Shown here: piece after piece, positions 1 through 12,827 of the stretch
Layout of the letters: each line of letters opens with the position of its first letter
Position numbering within the stretch: the stretch's first letter is position 1
NCBI GenBank assembly: GCA_964016885.1
Contig: OZ024743.1
Coordinates: 95,604,001-95,668,000, forward strand
Length of the DNA: 64,000 bases
Direction of reading: 5' to 3'
From: Eledone cirrhosa
Taxonomy: Eukaryota
Program-made: the position numbers and the translations under genes
The notes under the pieces: generated by a model
What the model was told of the DNA's origin: nothing
Seen by the model: only the letters and a program-made list of their open reading frames with translations
The model's database searches: none

Positions 1-3000
1 TTTCCCTGCTGGCGGCTGGCAAGCCGTATGTTGGCAAGTCATTCCCCCCTAGTTGAAGGAGCCCTTCTTGGATGGAAATTAACCCTTGGTTGGAAATGAT
101 TTCGGTGAACCCCACTTCTAAAGACGGATTTTGCCGTTTGGCTGTGCGGAGGAAGTCCTCGCACAAATCGTCCCTGTACTTCAGCCAAAGGGCTGAAGGG
201 TTAGCTAAGCCACAATTGTGCAGCAAAAAGGCAAACAGTTCCCTTAATTTCTGTGGGGATTTCAGCAGAGCACCATCGGCGAGGGTCGAGTCCAATTGGG
301 AGTCATCTTCCAAGAGACCAAGCCTAAAGCAAGCTTCTCGAAAAGTGTTGCAAAGTTCCCCGTTTACTGTTTTTAAGTCAAAGAAACCTTGCGGCCCCTT
401 GACCTCGTGCAGAAGAATGCGCAGGTGAAAGCACTCAGGTTGGGTTGGGGGAACCGTGTAGACTCTACCGAGGCAGTCAGAAAATTTAACTCCCGGATGC
501 GATTCAACTGCCTTGCCAGTTTTTCGCCGTACCCAGCTATTGCGGCGCCAAGTGAAGTAGGACGGCACCTGAGGGTAAATTAGAGTTCTCGCAAAAGCGT
601 CTACGTGACAGAGCTTAAAGAAAGCGGTTAACGTAGTTTCTTTGGGGTTAGCCGCAACTTGAGCAGCATTTGCGGCCGTAAAGTAAACCCGCTGTCCGTT
701 CTCTAAGTGGACCGCCAGGTTTGTGATTTTGGGGTACCTTTCATGAATAGAAAAACCAAAAATTCGCCAAAACCCTTCGTTTGTACTTATGTACCGGGCC
801 GATAGGTACTCACTGACCACGTCCCGGTCGGACTGGAGGGCGAATGCGGCGGATTCGCAACCCTTGTTGACGTCCTTGCAAACATATTTAATCGATTTAA
901 CTGAGCTACAGAATTCCACATTAATGTGGGCTTGGAACGTCGAAGTGAGAAGTGGACAATAGGGGACCACCCATCGATTGTCGACTTGCTTGCCCCTTAC
1001 AATGGCAGTAAAACCACCGTCTTCAGGCGACCGGCGCCTGTACAGGGGATAGCCGTCGTGCCCTGTCTGGGTCTCTGAAACAAATTTCCTAGGGTACCTC
1101 TTACTACAGATCCCGTCTTTCTGACACGAATGGTTAGAACCCGGATAACAGGGTCCGTGTATCATGGAAGTCGTGACGACGTCGAAGAGTTCTTTGTCGG
1201 TGGCAGGGTTGGGGATCTCTGCGCAGATAAATTTGTCGATGTCGTTGGAGTTGATCTTGTTCTGCAGCCACAGTAACAGATGAATGTGAAGCAGGCCCCG
1301 TTTCTGCCATTCTACGGTGTACGTATGGCATCTAGCAGGGCCGAAGATGTTGGCTTTTGCACAACATGCCTTCATTTTCTGTATGTTCCTCTCGAAAGCC
1401 CTCGCTATGAGGTCAAGGCGGTGGTGGTATGACTGCCCTGGAAGGAGTTCTCGGGTGATCTCATCCGCCTTCGGGTTGCACGTGAAGGTGATGAAGAGGT
1501 CAGGACGGCCGTAGGCCCGCACGTAGGTCATGGCGTCCTGAGTCCTCTCGTGCATGTACCGAGGTCCTCCAGTGAAGGTAGAAGGCAGGATGCAGACCTT
1601 GCCAATGTTTCGGGGATCCCCGTCGTTGGTCAAGTCGTCTCGCAGGTGTATGTAGCTTTCGCTACGCAGTTGCTGCTGGTGGGTTCGAATGAAGGCCAGT
1701 CGTTCTGACTCCATCTTTGCTGCCATATCCACCGCAAATTGGTTCAGTAGGTCCTGCGATCTGTGCAAACTGTTGAAACAGTTTCTCCGAGGCATGAGTC
1801 GGTATGCGTAAAATTCCTTGCAGGGCACGGTTTTGGCGGCAGCAACGGAGGGCTGGTTTGGCTGGCAGTGTGGGGTCTTGAAGTGGTAGCCGTCCTCGCC
1901 GCGGGGGAAAAGTAGAGGGTATTGGAGGCTGTCGTAGGATCGGTGTGTTTCGCGTATTCTGTGGAGGCCAGTTGCACGGTTGGATATGACGATATCCCGG
2001 GGGTTGTGCTGGTCTCCGTGAAGGACGACTGCCACCTCGTTGCACGCGGGCGCGTTGAATCGACGGGCGTGTTCTCCGGATGGTCTTTTGTCGGCATCGA
2101 TGACAATATTGAAGTTAGGCAGGTCAGTAGTCTCCAAGGCGTACTTGAAGCTCTGCACGTAGCTGTTTTCGGAGTGTAGCATTTGCTGCAGCGCAAGGAG
2201 GACGTCTCTGTCCAGGTTCTCTCTAGTGCCATCAGCTGGGATGACAGATGAGCGCATGTCAGCCTGCTTATTGTAGTCAGCTATGAAGTAAATTTGCAGG
2301 AAGGCGGGTTGCGCTGACGGCGCAGGCTGTAGAGGACCGACATAGTGGTAAACCTGGCCCTGAACCTTAAAGATTGGCATCCACCCGCTTTCTCGGCAAT
2401 TTTGACCCCGAACGAAGTCATCTGGAAGGCGCAGTTGTATTTCCTTATGTTGCCAAGGAAGTCTGTTGACGTAGAGGTCTCTGCGCTAAGAAGTTCTCGC
2501 AAAGGTTCTGGAGGGGCCGCCAAAGGAGGAAGTGAAACCTTCCCATTAGAGCAGCACAGGCCAGGTGGTTCTCCGGGCCACTTCTCTGCACCACAGAATT
2601 GGCATATGACATCCATCCTGCCTAGTTGAATGTCCGTACGGTCGGAGTATTTTACTGTTGGATCGTAGTTGAAAGCCTTCATAAGCCCAAATGACTCATG
2701 TGGACTCGTTGTTCCTCTGGCGGTGTCTCTTCGTGTGTTGTTTGTGTCCAACCGAGCACGGCGGGCTGTTTGATGTTCTGCGGCACGGGAGATGGCGGTG
2801 GATACAGCGTTCTGGGACCTTCGGATGGCTGTCTGTATCTCGGTCTGGGATGCTCTGGCAGCTGCGGTGGAGGCGGAGTCCTTGGACCTTCGGATGGCTG
2901 TCTGTATCTCGGTCTGGGATGCTCTGGCAGCTGCCTTGGAGGCGGAGTCCTTGGACCTTCGGATGGCTGTCTCCTGGTCGGTTTCTGCGGCACGGGAGGC

Positions 3001-3375
3001 GGCGGTTGAAGCAGCGTTCTTTGACCGTCTTGTGGCTGTTTGCTCTTTAGTTTCGGAGGCCCTTGCAGCAGCAGTAGTTGCAGCATTCCTAGCCCTACGA
3101 AGAGCTCTTTGGCTGTCACTCTCTGCTTCCCTAGAGGCGGCTGTTGCAACTGCATTCCAACAATTACGAATGGCACGATTCGAAGCGGTAACCGTAGATA
3201 GAGAGGCGCTGGGTTGGGCTGTGCTAGGGGTACTTAAGTTTGAAAGCGAAGTAACAGGGGTTTGTGGCCAAAAATGCAGTCCGGCATCCGTAGACTGCTC
3301 ATTCAATCGCCTCTTTTTTGAAACAACAGACGATGTTTTCCTACGGTTAAGGGTACTCTTTCTTTTCAGTGGCAT
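1..3375 (-). pseudogene. Helitron RepHel (N-terminal repeats, Zn-binding region, HUH Rep domain), frameshifted
   Basis: ORF 2281-3375 gives CQFCGAEKWPGEPPGLCCSNGKV and NIRKYNCAFQMTSFG. Other frames give MPIFKVQGQVYH, YGRPDLFITFTCNP, EWQKRGLLHIHLLLW, VDNRWVVPY, AHINVEFC and KYVCKDVNKG. Several frame changes; the helicase would lie left of position 1. Confidence 0.92.
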
Positions 3376-3854
3376 GGTTGCAATAGTACAGTAAACAGTA
3401 AAGGGAAAGCAGGTTTATAGCAAAGGCAAAAAAGCGAAGATGATAAGCAGTATTTTGGGGAAGGTAAAAAAAAGTGACAAATTGTTACAATTTTAAGCAA
3501 GAAAAAAATAAACAAAAAACGTACTGGGAATGGCAAAGTCCGAAAGCGAGGTCACAAAATGTAATGCAGTGAGAGTGAAGCACACGTCTACACAGTAGCC
3601 TAACCAAGTAGCAAGTGTAGCGTTTGAAAACCCAAGCTTTGCAGGCCACTCAAATCAACGATAAGAGTCTGCAGAATTCTTTGATAGCAGTCTTGCCAAA
3701 ACAGAATAAAAGCTGCCACCTCCAACCGTCCAGGAAATTTTTTTTTTTATTCAAGGCGAAAATTTGTTCACTTCTCGACCGAAAGAAAGCAAAAACCGAC
3801 TCAACTGGTGCCAGGTGGTCAGAACTGGCAGGAACTGGTTTGTGTCACGTGAAG

Positions 3855-4135
3855 CTGTAACTATAGCAACAGTTGTTCTCTCGGTCTCAAAGACCAAAGT
3901 AAGTGGAGAGGGGAAGTAATGTTACTGTAACACCAACAACGTCTCTCTCTATATTCCTCGCTCAATAAAGAAGGGGCAGGGGGAAGGTAATGTTACTATA
4001 GCAACAGTGGTTCGCTCACTGACCAAAGTGGAGAGGGGAATGTAATATTTCTGTGACACCCAAAACTTCTCCCTCTATCTTCCTCTCTCTCTCTCTCTAA
4101 AGAAGGGGGAAGGGGAAGGTAATGTTACTATAAGA
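3855..4135. repeat. Imperfect ~125-bp tandem repeat in the Helitron 5' region
   Basis: Recurrent GGGGAAGGTAATGTTACTATA and GACCAAAGT...GGAGAGGGG units. Confidence 0.65.
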
Positions 4136-5884
4136 CCTGTTATTCCTGTCTCTCTATATACGAAGTGAAGATTCGACCTCGAGCTTCACTCTCGACCGAA
4201 TTTCGAAATGATTCGAGCACGTCAACAAAATTTAGATTCTTTTCTACCCATATTAACAAAAAACCGGGTCAAAAAACTCAAAAGGAAAAATGTTTCACGC
4301 GTGCATAAAATGCAACCTCATCTCCCGATTTCACCCAAAATAACAAAAAGGTGGATTGCGGGCCCCTGGGGGGACCTATCAAAAAACAAAGTAGCCTAAG
4401 CAATGTAAAGGGTCATGAGGAGTGATGTATGCAAATTTGAGCGAGATCGGGCGAGCGGTGTAGACGCCAACCTCGAATAATGTAGCATCCACACACACAC
4501 AGACAAACACACATCCTCTGTTTTATATATATAGATACAACAGAAGAAACGCAGCAGCACCTAAAGAAACACAATACATCTCACGCTCTCTCACTCTCTC
4601 ACTCTCTCTCACCCCCCCCCTCTGAATATCCAACACTTTAATTGTACCTCTCTCTTTCTGTACCCTCCTCTCTCTCTCTTTCTCTCTCTTTCTCTCTCTC
4701 TTTAGATGTGTGTGTGTGTGTAGTTTTCGTGTGATCCAACCAACCAATAAACATCTCTCTTTTATATTATATATAGATAACCAAATCCCTAAATTTACCT
4801 TGCCTGCTCTGTGAAATTTTATGATAAACATTTATACTGGTTTCCTAGAAATCCTATAACAAATACATTCCTTTCATTAAATCACTTTGGTTCTCGCATT
4901 AATTTCTATCGCCCTTCCTTTGAGTAATTGGTGATTCATTATAAAAACAAGCAGCTGACACTATTTGAGAATAATGGAAATGAGCAGCGATGTCCAATGG
5001 ACAAAAAAAAAATCATAGCATTATTCTTATTATAAATTTACTACAGATCCCAAATCAAGAACTATTTCATACTTCAATTTCCCAGAAGACTACGTTTGCA
5101 CTAAATTGACAAAATGAAGAAAGAGGAAGCGTGAATTGGCAACTGAAAGAATTTACTTAAACCCTCGAAATTCTGAACAATGTTCTCTACGTGTAATTTT
5201 ATTATAGAAATCTGGGACAGGTTCGTTTCTGAGGGTGAAGATTTTTGAGGGACAAAAACATGAAAGATAAGGAAGAAAATTAAAAGACGGACCTTATTAT
5301 GTCTGATTTTGAATTTGATCGCGACATAATATCTGTGAATTTGGGATCAGTTCAAAATTTCAGTTTTGGGAAACCTCAGATCAATTGGAATTATTTCACA
5401 ATCGCAAGTTGTTTATGTCACAAACCTATCAATTACAGAATAGAAATGGTAATGATAAATTGTTAGAGACGTGTGTAAAACTTGTATTTACACACGTCGA
5501 AATGGAACTTCCCTTCATCAGCTTATTTCAAAATTATCTATACCGGCTGCAGGAGAATTGTTTAAATCCTCCACCTACAATAATCGAAAAGAAATACTGA
5601 ACCAAGAACAACAGCTAGTTGTAAAGCTTAGTCAACTTTCCTTGTTGTATCTACAGCACTGGCTAGTTATAAAGCTTAGTCAACTTTCCGTATTCCAATT
5701 TTCCAATTTCCATTTAGAGGGACTCTGCAACGTCAATAGCACAGTCAAAATTATTTGATACTGAGTTTCATCTGTTGAGAGGAAACACTATAAATGTTAA
5801 TGTGAAATTTAAGCTCAAGAACAGAAAATGTGGGGAAGTGTAAAGTTGATTAAATCGACCCCAGAATTGATAAAGGGGAAAGAA

Positions 5885-6066
5885 TAAAGAGGGTTCCAGG
5901 AAAGAATCGCTGGAAAATTTTTACTGGCAAAAGAAACTGACAGGAGACCCAGGGGTAGACCCCGGGCAAGATGGTAGTATAATATCCATGAGTTTGGGGA
6001 GGTTTGTTTCTGATAGGATCCGCTGGAAGGAGTGGGTGAAGAAGAAGAAGAAGAAGAAGAAGAAGA
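5885..6066 (+). mobile_element. RTE-clade LINE 3' end with (GAA)n tail
   Basis: Translates ERIAGKFLLAKETDRRPRGRPRARW (RTE C-terminal GRP motif), then (GAA)n. Shares CAGGAAAGAATC with the RTE relic at 63425-64000. Confidence 0.65.
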
Positions 6067-6074
6067 TCTTACGA

Positions 6075-6575
6075 TTCTACCAATCCACCATCTTTTAAAC
6101 GCAATAAATATTGGGATTTGCGTATGAAGCTGCTGATTGCACAATTTATAATCTTTTAAAATAATATTTACGTTTGGCTAACGAGATCTTGGTATTTTGA
6201 GATAATTTTCGATAAATATTTACAATCTTAAAGAAAGTTACAAGCGCAGATATCGTTAATATAGTTACAAGCCATTCTTCAGTTGGAAGATTGTGAAGAC
6301 ACTGAAATTTACTATAAATATGCAACTATGAAATTGAAAGAAGCGCAATTAGTCAGATGGATAAGACTAAAGGATGTACAATGGAAGAAGGATTCGTATA
6401 AGTCATGATGAATGTAACATTGTTGCAGATTGTGAACATTATGGAAAACACGTGATTACAGTTTCCAGTTCGAGTTGCTTTCGCAATGAGAGCCAATAAA
6501 TCTCAGTGCTAATTATTGTGTAAAATTGGTCTATTCTGCCTCAGTGATATATTTGCTTATGGACAAACGAAAAGC
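6075..6575 (+). pseudogene. Highly decayed Pif1-like (Helitron) helicase fragment
   Basis: ILVF*DNFR*IFTILKKVTSADIVN (cf. GGDFRQILPV..RADIV), WKIVKTLKFTINMQ (cf. L.LT.NMR), LQFPVRVAFAMRANKSQ at 6456 (cf. QFPVRLAFAMTINKSQG) and FAYGQ. Confidence 0.75.
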
Positions 6576-7269
6576 CCCGTCAAGAATAACATAGGGTGCT
6601 GCAGTCATCGTAATAATATTGAGTACATTGAAGCTTATATTATCAATGCATCCTTCTTAATATTAATATATGTTATCGTCTCCATGTGATTGTTTGTATG
6701 TGGATGTGCACGTAGGCATTCAGATATATGTACATATAGATATGTATGTGAATATATACATCAGTTCATGTATATTTATGTATACACGCATGTTTTTGTC
6801 TAGCTTGCTATATATCAGTTGCATATGTATGTTGGCATACATGTCCGTAGATTTTCTTATTTATTTGTGTGTATGTGTGTATGTGTGTGTGTGTGTTTAC
6901 ATATATGAGCATGCCTGTCTCTCAGTATGTCTAGCCACACTTATCTCCAACCATACTCTTACTCAGACACGACTGCAAACTCCTCCCATTTTCCAAACCA
7001 CCACAAAGTCTGCCTTCATACACTGCCTCACTTAATTAGTAACTAACCAAAATAAACACAAAATAAATGCATTTATAGAAAAGTTTTTTATTGTGTGGTC
7101 TTATTTGCCCTTATTATCTCTTGTTGTCCACCACCACCACCACCACCATCACCACCACCACATACATTTATACGTGTGTATTTTTGTGGGTTAAATAGTC
7201 ATACGATGAAGCACACTGGTCGCCAGAAACGACAGTTTCATTTGCAGTTAGATCGGTTTTTCGCTGCTC

Positions 7270-7557
7270 ATGAAATACACGTGTAAGTGACTAAGCCTTT
7301 CACAGACACGTGTACTCTTAATGTCATTTTCACTGAGTCTCAGCATGGCGCAATGTGTGACACGACTGGCCCTTAAATTACACGTACAGTCGATCCAAAC
7401 GCTTCCAAACAGTTTCCCTCTATCGATTTTACTCACCAGGCATGACTTAATTTTTGACGATTATGACCAACTAAATATCCCCAAGAATCCTCCGCATTGG
7501 AATCAAACTTGGGATCTCATGATTGCAAACCAAGTGTTTTAACCATTCGGCCATGCT
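7270..7557 (-). mobile_element. Diverged tRNA-derived SINE
   Basis: Minus-strand head CATGGCCGAATGGTTAAAAC...GCAATCATGAGATCCCAAGTTTGATTCC, similar to heads at 13330, 36975, 42705 and 50466. Confidence 0.5.
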
Positions 7558-8007
7558 ACGTTTATATAGAAATATACATATGTATATAGACACACACAGC
7601 ATTTATGAGGAACTATCTGCATATATAATTGGGTGAAATATTGATTGGCTATAAATGAAAACAGACAAGGAGACAGATGTACGTGCGTGTGTGTACCTCT
7701 GTGTGTTTCTACCCGCACCTGTCAGCGACACAAGCTCCATTCATGCGATTACTGCATTTGAAGTAGACTATAAATACAGCAATAGCTATCTAATTAGAAA
7801 CCCTGCATATAGAAATACATGCACTTAATATATACCTATATATATATATACATATATATATATACATACATACATACATACATACATTCATAAAATGTTA
7901 TATATATATATATTTAGATATTTATATACACGTACGTAAATATATTTCTTACGCATACACGCATACATATGCATGATATATAGATATATATATAGATAAT
8001 ACAAACT

Positions 8008-8049
<42 letters not shown>

Positions 8050-8782
8050 CATTATTCCACATATCCTCCCGAAACTGTTTTGTAACAAATTAACGGAAGC
8101 TGGATGTGTGTGTGTTTCTGATAAGAAAATGTCGGTGTAGGTATAATGGTAAAATATATAACTAAAGCACAAGGCTAAAAGTTTAAGGAATGGAATAATT
8201 GATTAGGTAGACTATAACGTTTGGTCGATACTTATTTTATCCAACGCGAAAGTGGGAGAGCTAGTTGGACAATAGAAGGTCTTCAGGGATGAAACCCCCT
8301 TCAGGCATGTGTCTCGGTCCTTAACTTAAAATAGACCTGTCAACTCTCCCCGTCTCACTTTGGGGTGAGAGATGTCTTCTCTTGTGAAAATGGGTATATC
8401 AGCTATTTGGCCACATGTCTCCCCGTTTTGTGGCACTGTTTTTCATGGTACTCATCGTTTGTGTTTTTAAATTTAAAGACGAAGTCGATTTCACCGACAT
8501 TTAACTCTGAAAAGAGACGAAACTTATTTCCACCAAGAGATTCTGCCAAAATGTTACAGATACACAAGGAACGCCTCATTATGTGTGCAGCAGCAGGAGA
8601 GTAGGAATACATTATTGATAATGTCTCCACTCAAACTTGATAATATCAAATAGCTACTTATATTTTCTTCATATTGGTAATAAACTATTTTAATGTTTAA
8701 TTGCGTTTAAATACATACCTCCAGTTATACGCAGTCACCCCCCCCCCACACACACACAGACACACACACACACATATATATA

Positions 8783-8817
<35 letters not shown>

Positions 8818-8862
8818 CATATATATGTATATATATATATATATATATATGTATAAATATAA

Positions 8863-9022
8863 TATTAAGGATACTATTTATGGTTATGTATATATTAAAA
8901 CTTTTTATAGTTATGTATATTTTAAACCCTAAACAGTGAAGGTCAGTAATTTATTACTACCTTATTACCAGTAAGATAAATAGCTCAATGTAATAACATC
9001 AGTTGTTCTACAGACCAGTTAT
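8863..9022. repeat. ~160-bp interspersed repeat (module X), copy 1
   Basis: Near-identical to 48338-48500 (TTAAGGATACTATTTATGG...GTTCTACAG); both directly follow a (TA)n run. Confidence 0.85.
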
Positions 9023-9193
9023 ATATTTGATTTTGATTTTAATTTTGATTTTGATTTTGATTTTGATTTTGAATTGCTGTACAAAAATAGTATAGTATAA
9101 TATATGTCACTCCACTGTACATCAATATATATATATGTATCTGTGTCTCTTGCGATGAAAGGAGGTCAATTATGTGTACAAACATTGAAAAAT

Positions 9194-9238
9194 GCTCGGA
9201 AGACACCAAGCCTAGGTTTGGATGAAACAATTGTAAGT
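9194..9238 (+). ncRNA. Decayed type-I hammerhead-like motif
   Basis: GCU CGGAAGA ca CCAAGC-cuag-GUUUGG au GAAAC AAUU GUA AGU, then AATAAA at 9240. Core U4 is replaced by G. Confidence 0.55.
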
Positions 9239-9418
9239 GAATAAATGCTTTGAACATAGCTTTGATTCTTGTGAATTCTATATGTATAAATATATATATA
9301 TATATATATTGTTATACTTGGGGAGGGTCATATTGTTGTAATAATATTGCCAGAAATAATAACAGAACCCACTCACTGTTTGGTTGGTTTTCGCTACTGT
9401 ATATTTTATATCTTCATA

Positions 9419-9519
9419 GATATACAATTAAATTAATTGTCTACAACTAATTATACAACAGGAGTACACTAACAAACCGCACGTATTCCTGTTGTAGAGA
9501 ATTAATTTAATTGTATATC
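9419..9519. repeat. Short fold-back (inverted repeat)
   Basis: GATATACAATTAAATTAATT...ACAACAGGAGTAC versus GTATTCCTGTTGTAGAGAATTAATTTAATTGTATATC. Confidence 0.7.
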
Positions 9520-9594
9520 ACAACTCTTCCTACAAAATGGAGGTTCTGTCAACTTTGGATATTTTTTTACCAAGTTTCAATTACGATATATAAA

Positions 9595-11690
9595 TGTGTG
9601 TCACATCGTCCTCACTCGCGCCCGTGCTGTCCACCGCTCCACCACCCTCACTCCACGCCACCGCATACCCACCCACCGTCTCCCCTTACCCATTACCTAC
9701 TACCCAACCACCGCACCATCCTCCGCCTCTTCCGACGCCTTCAGTCCGACCCCTCCATTTCCCACATCTTCCCATCCCCACCACTCCCTTCCTTCAAACG
9801 CGCACGCAATCTCCGCACCCTCCTCCTCCGCAGCTCCGTACCCCCCAACCGACGCTCTTCTCCCCCCCCCCGGTTCCCTTCCCTGTTCCAGACCTCGTTG
9901 CAACACCTGCCCCCACATAACCAACACCACCACCTTCCAGGGTCCCAACGGCCACTCTCTCTCTGTCCGGCACGCCTTCCGCTGCACCTCCTCCAACCTA
10001 GTCTATGGAATTCACTGGACGGAGTGCAGCGCAACCTACGTCGGACAGACTGGACGTCGCCTGGTGGACCGTTTCACTGAACACCTCCGGGATATTCGTC
10101 TCGACGGGAGTTCCCCCATCGCCCGCCACTTTGGCTCCCCTGGACATTCCGCGCACCACCTCACAGTCTGTGGCCTACTCCAATGCCACGGAACACCCGC
10201 CACCCGCCTCAGGGTCGAACAACGCACCATCTTCACCCTACAGACCCATACTCCCCCCGGCCTGAACTCCCCACCCCTATTCCTTTAGCCTTCGACCGCT
10301 CTGTTCCACCCCACCCCCACACACACATATCCCCCACTAACACACTAACACACTCCTCCTTTTCACCGCCCACCCCCTTGGCCCACCCCACAAGTAACAA
10401 TACTAACATCCCCACCCCTCCCCCTATCACGCACACACCCACCGGTACATATATACACGCACTCACACTATCTACGCACCCTACTTCCACCACTAACCCT
10501 CACCCACACATCCACACCCACCACCCCACAACTAATACCACTAACATCCCCCCGACACCACGCACACGAACACACACACCCACCCACACCCACTTACACC
10601 ACCCACTCTACACACCCTACCACCACTGACCCCACTAACACCCGCATTCAACCCTTTCCCCACCACCAGTATACTAACACCCACTAACACCCCCTTCACC
10701 ATACACACACTCATCCAAATACGCACACACACACCAGTACACTACACTCCCTCCACCGTCCCCCACACCTTTCTCTCCTTCTCCCCGCTCCACCCACACC
10801 CCTTCACACACACACACACACACATCCCACTAACACCTCTATTAATACACACCCCATCCCCCCGCATGACCCCCTCCCCACCCACCTTTCACACCTACCC
10901 ATCCTCTCCCCTGTCCACCGCATCTCCGCACACACTAACACACTGACTTTCTCCACCTACCATTCTCCTCTACTGCTGCTATGCCTTGACCCTCTGACCA
11001 CTTGGCCATCGTTCCCACTATCTACTCCATCACATGGAAAATATCCGGCCACTCTTCACACCCTCTACGGAACTACCTTAGGAACTTACCCACAGACATA
11101 CACTCACAAACATTTTTTTCGAACCACGCCACCCACATCCTCAAAATGTATAAACACCACACACACGTGCGTACCCCCACATATATACACACTCAGCCTC
11201 CGGAATCCTCTCCCCCAATCCCCCGCCTCTCTGACCCCTCCCCATACACACAGACATACACCCCACACCACACCTTTTCCTGAAAATGGAACCTCGTTCT
11301 TCCCCCAACTCTCACATTCACATACACACACACACACACGTACACCTACACACATACACCACATTCAGCCCTCCCCGCTCGGACACCCCGCCTCCCTCTC
11401 CCCACTCCACCTGCAACCACCCCTACACGCCCACACACTTCCACCACTTGTTTATCTTCATATTTATTCTTCTTTTTTTTTTTTTTGTACCCCTTCCACC
11501 GCCCCTCCCCTTTTCTAAATGTCTCTCCTCCACTCCCCTACTCACCCTCGGAACTCTCTTCCCACCCACCTTTCGCCTGAAGAAGGGCTCATGGCTGAAA
11601 CGTCCCCCCCCCCCCACACTCTCAAGGGCGTGAAACTAATAAACCTTTGTTCGTACTGCCTCTCTGTTTGTTTTGTTCCCGTTCCATTTT

Positions 11691-11693
<3 letters not shown>
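9595..11693 (+). mobile_element. 5'-truncated Neptune-like Penelope element (linker, GIY-YIG endonuclease, C/A-rich 3' UTR)
   Basis: PSFKRARNLRTLL, then a frameshift in a poly-C run, then CSRPRCNTC linker and FRCTSSNLVYGIHWTECSATYVGQTGRRLVDRFTEH...PPGLN. HHR-like core at 11577, AATAAA at 11638, ends at (TA)n. Confidence 0.85.
11574..11604 (+). ncRNA. Minimal hammerhead-like core in PLE 3' UTR (decayed)
   Basis: CUGAAGA AGGGCUCAUGGCU GAAAC GUC; the stem-I partner is replaced by poly-C. Confidence 0.5.
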
Positions 11694-11783
<90 letters not shown>

Positions 11784-11784
<1 letters not shown>

Positions 11785-12286
11785 TATGAATGTATATATA
11801 GTGTATTTTGCAATACACTGTATGCTTAATTAAAAGCATTTCGAAGACCTTACGCTATTGTTTTAGAGTAGTGACAGTCTCACTTACTTTAAATTCTCAA
11901 CAAACAGGGGAGATAAAGCTGACAGAGTTCTGTTACGTACTGAATGGTACTTATCAAAGCCAAGTACTCCACCTATTTGCTGAAAATCATGAATGTTTGA
12001 TTCTTATAGAATTCTAGTAATAATCAGGAACTGATTATATAGAGCGGTTGCCGGTCAAGCAGAAATTGAAAATTAGAATTGGTGCTCTGAAATAGCGATA
12101 TATATATGAAAGTATATATAGTGTATTTCTCCCCTGTTTGCTGAGAATTTACAGTAAGTGAGACTGTCACAACTCTAAAACAATAGCGTAATGTCTTCGA
12201 AATGCTTTTAATTAAGCATACAGTGTATTGCAAAATACACTCAATATACATTCATATATATATCGCTATTTCAGAGCACCAATTCT
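11784..12286. repeat. Non-coding cassette with direct and inverted terminal duplications (pLTR-like)
   Basis: 11784-11913 is inverted at 12128-12257; 12077-12109 is inverted at 12251-12286; 12104-12128 repeats 11786-11808. Flanked by microsatellites. Confidence 0.8.
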
Positions 12287-12384
12287 TATATATATATATA
12301 TATATAAACAATGACTTATTTAATTTGTTGATTATTCAACAAAGTTAATTCATAACAGATTAGAAGCACTCAACAGTTATCCTC

Positions 12385-12590
12385 AATAATATTAATAAAT
12401 GAAATCTTTACAAAACCATATTTATTTTTTTTATATATTTCAAGGGTACCAGTATTTTGGTACGCTATCGTCAGATAAAATATGAACCAATTACTATATT
12501 TTATCTGACGATAACGTACCAAAATACTGCTACTCTTGAAATATATATATAATAACATAAATATGGTTTTATAAAGATAGTTTCCATTTA

Positions 12591-12600
<10 letters not shown>
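12385..12600. repeat. Fold-back element with a hammerhead-like motif in each arm
   Basis: Arms 12385-12483 and 12496-12600. Minus strand: CUGACGA..GUACCA-aaauac-UGGUAC..GAAAUAUAUA. Plus strand: UUAU CUGACGA (12505)...GAAA UAUAUAUAUA AUAA. Confidence 0.75.
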
Positions 12601-12633
<33 letters not shown>

Positions 12634-12762
12634 TATATAAGTAGTAACACAATAGTTTGTTCACCATACCGAGAACAACACCATACTTCTACCAAACACG
12701 TCCCGTGGACTGAGTGCTCTACCGCTACGGATATTACCTTACATTGTTCTACCCTCTCTCTC

Positions 12763-12827
<65 letters not shown>

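Larger units (their letters stand above)
1..4535 (-). mobile_element. Autonomous-type Helitron, 5' portion (continues off the left edge)
   Basis: Minus strand begins A|TCTATATATATAAAAC at 4535 (5'-TC terminus after host A). It is followed by a (TG)/(TCTG) tract, subterminal repeats and a Rep-encoding frame. Confidence 0.9.

Noticed and set aside
2792-3394. 200-aa plus-strand Ala-rich ORF
   Set aside because: Antisense shadow of the Helitron repeat region.
5613-5689. 28-bp direct repeat pair with spacer (CRISPR-like)
   Set aside because: Only two units, eukaryotic context, no cas genes.
10183-11633. His/Thr/Pro-rich ORFs
   Set aside because: Low-complexity C/A-rich PLE 3' UTR.
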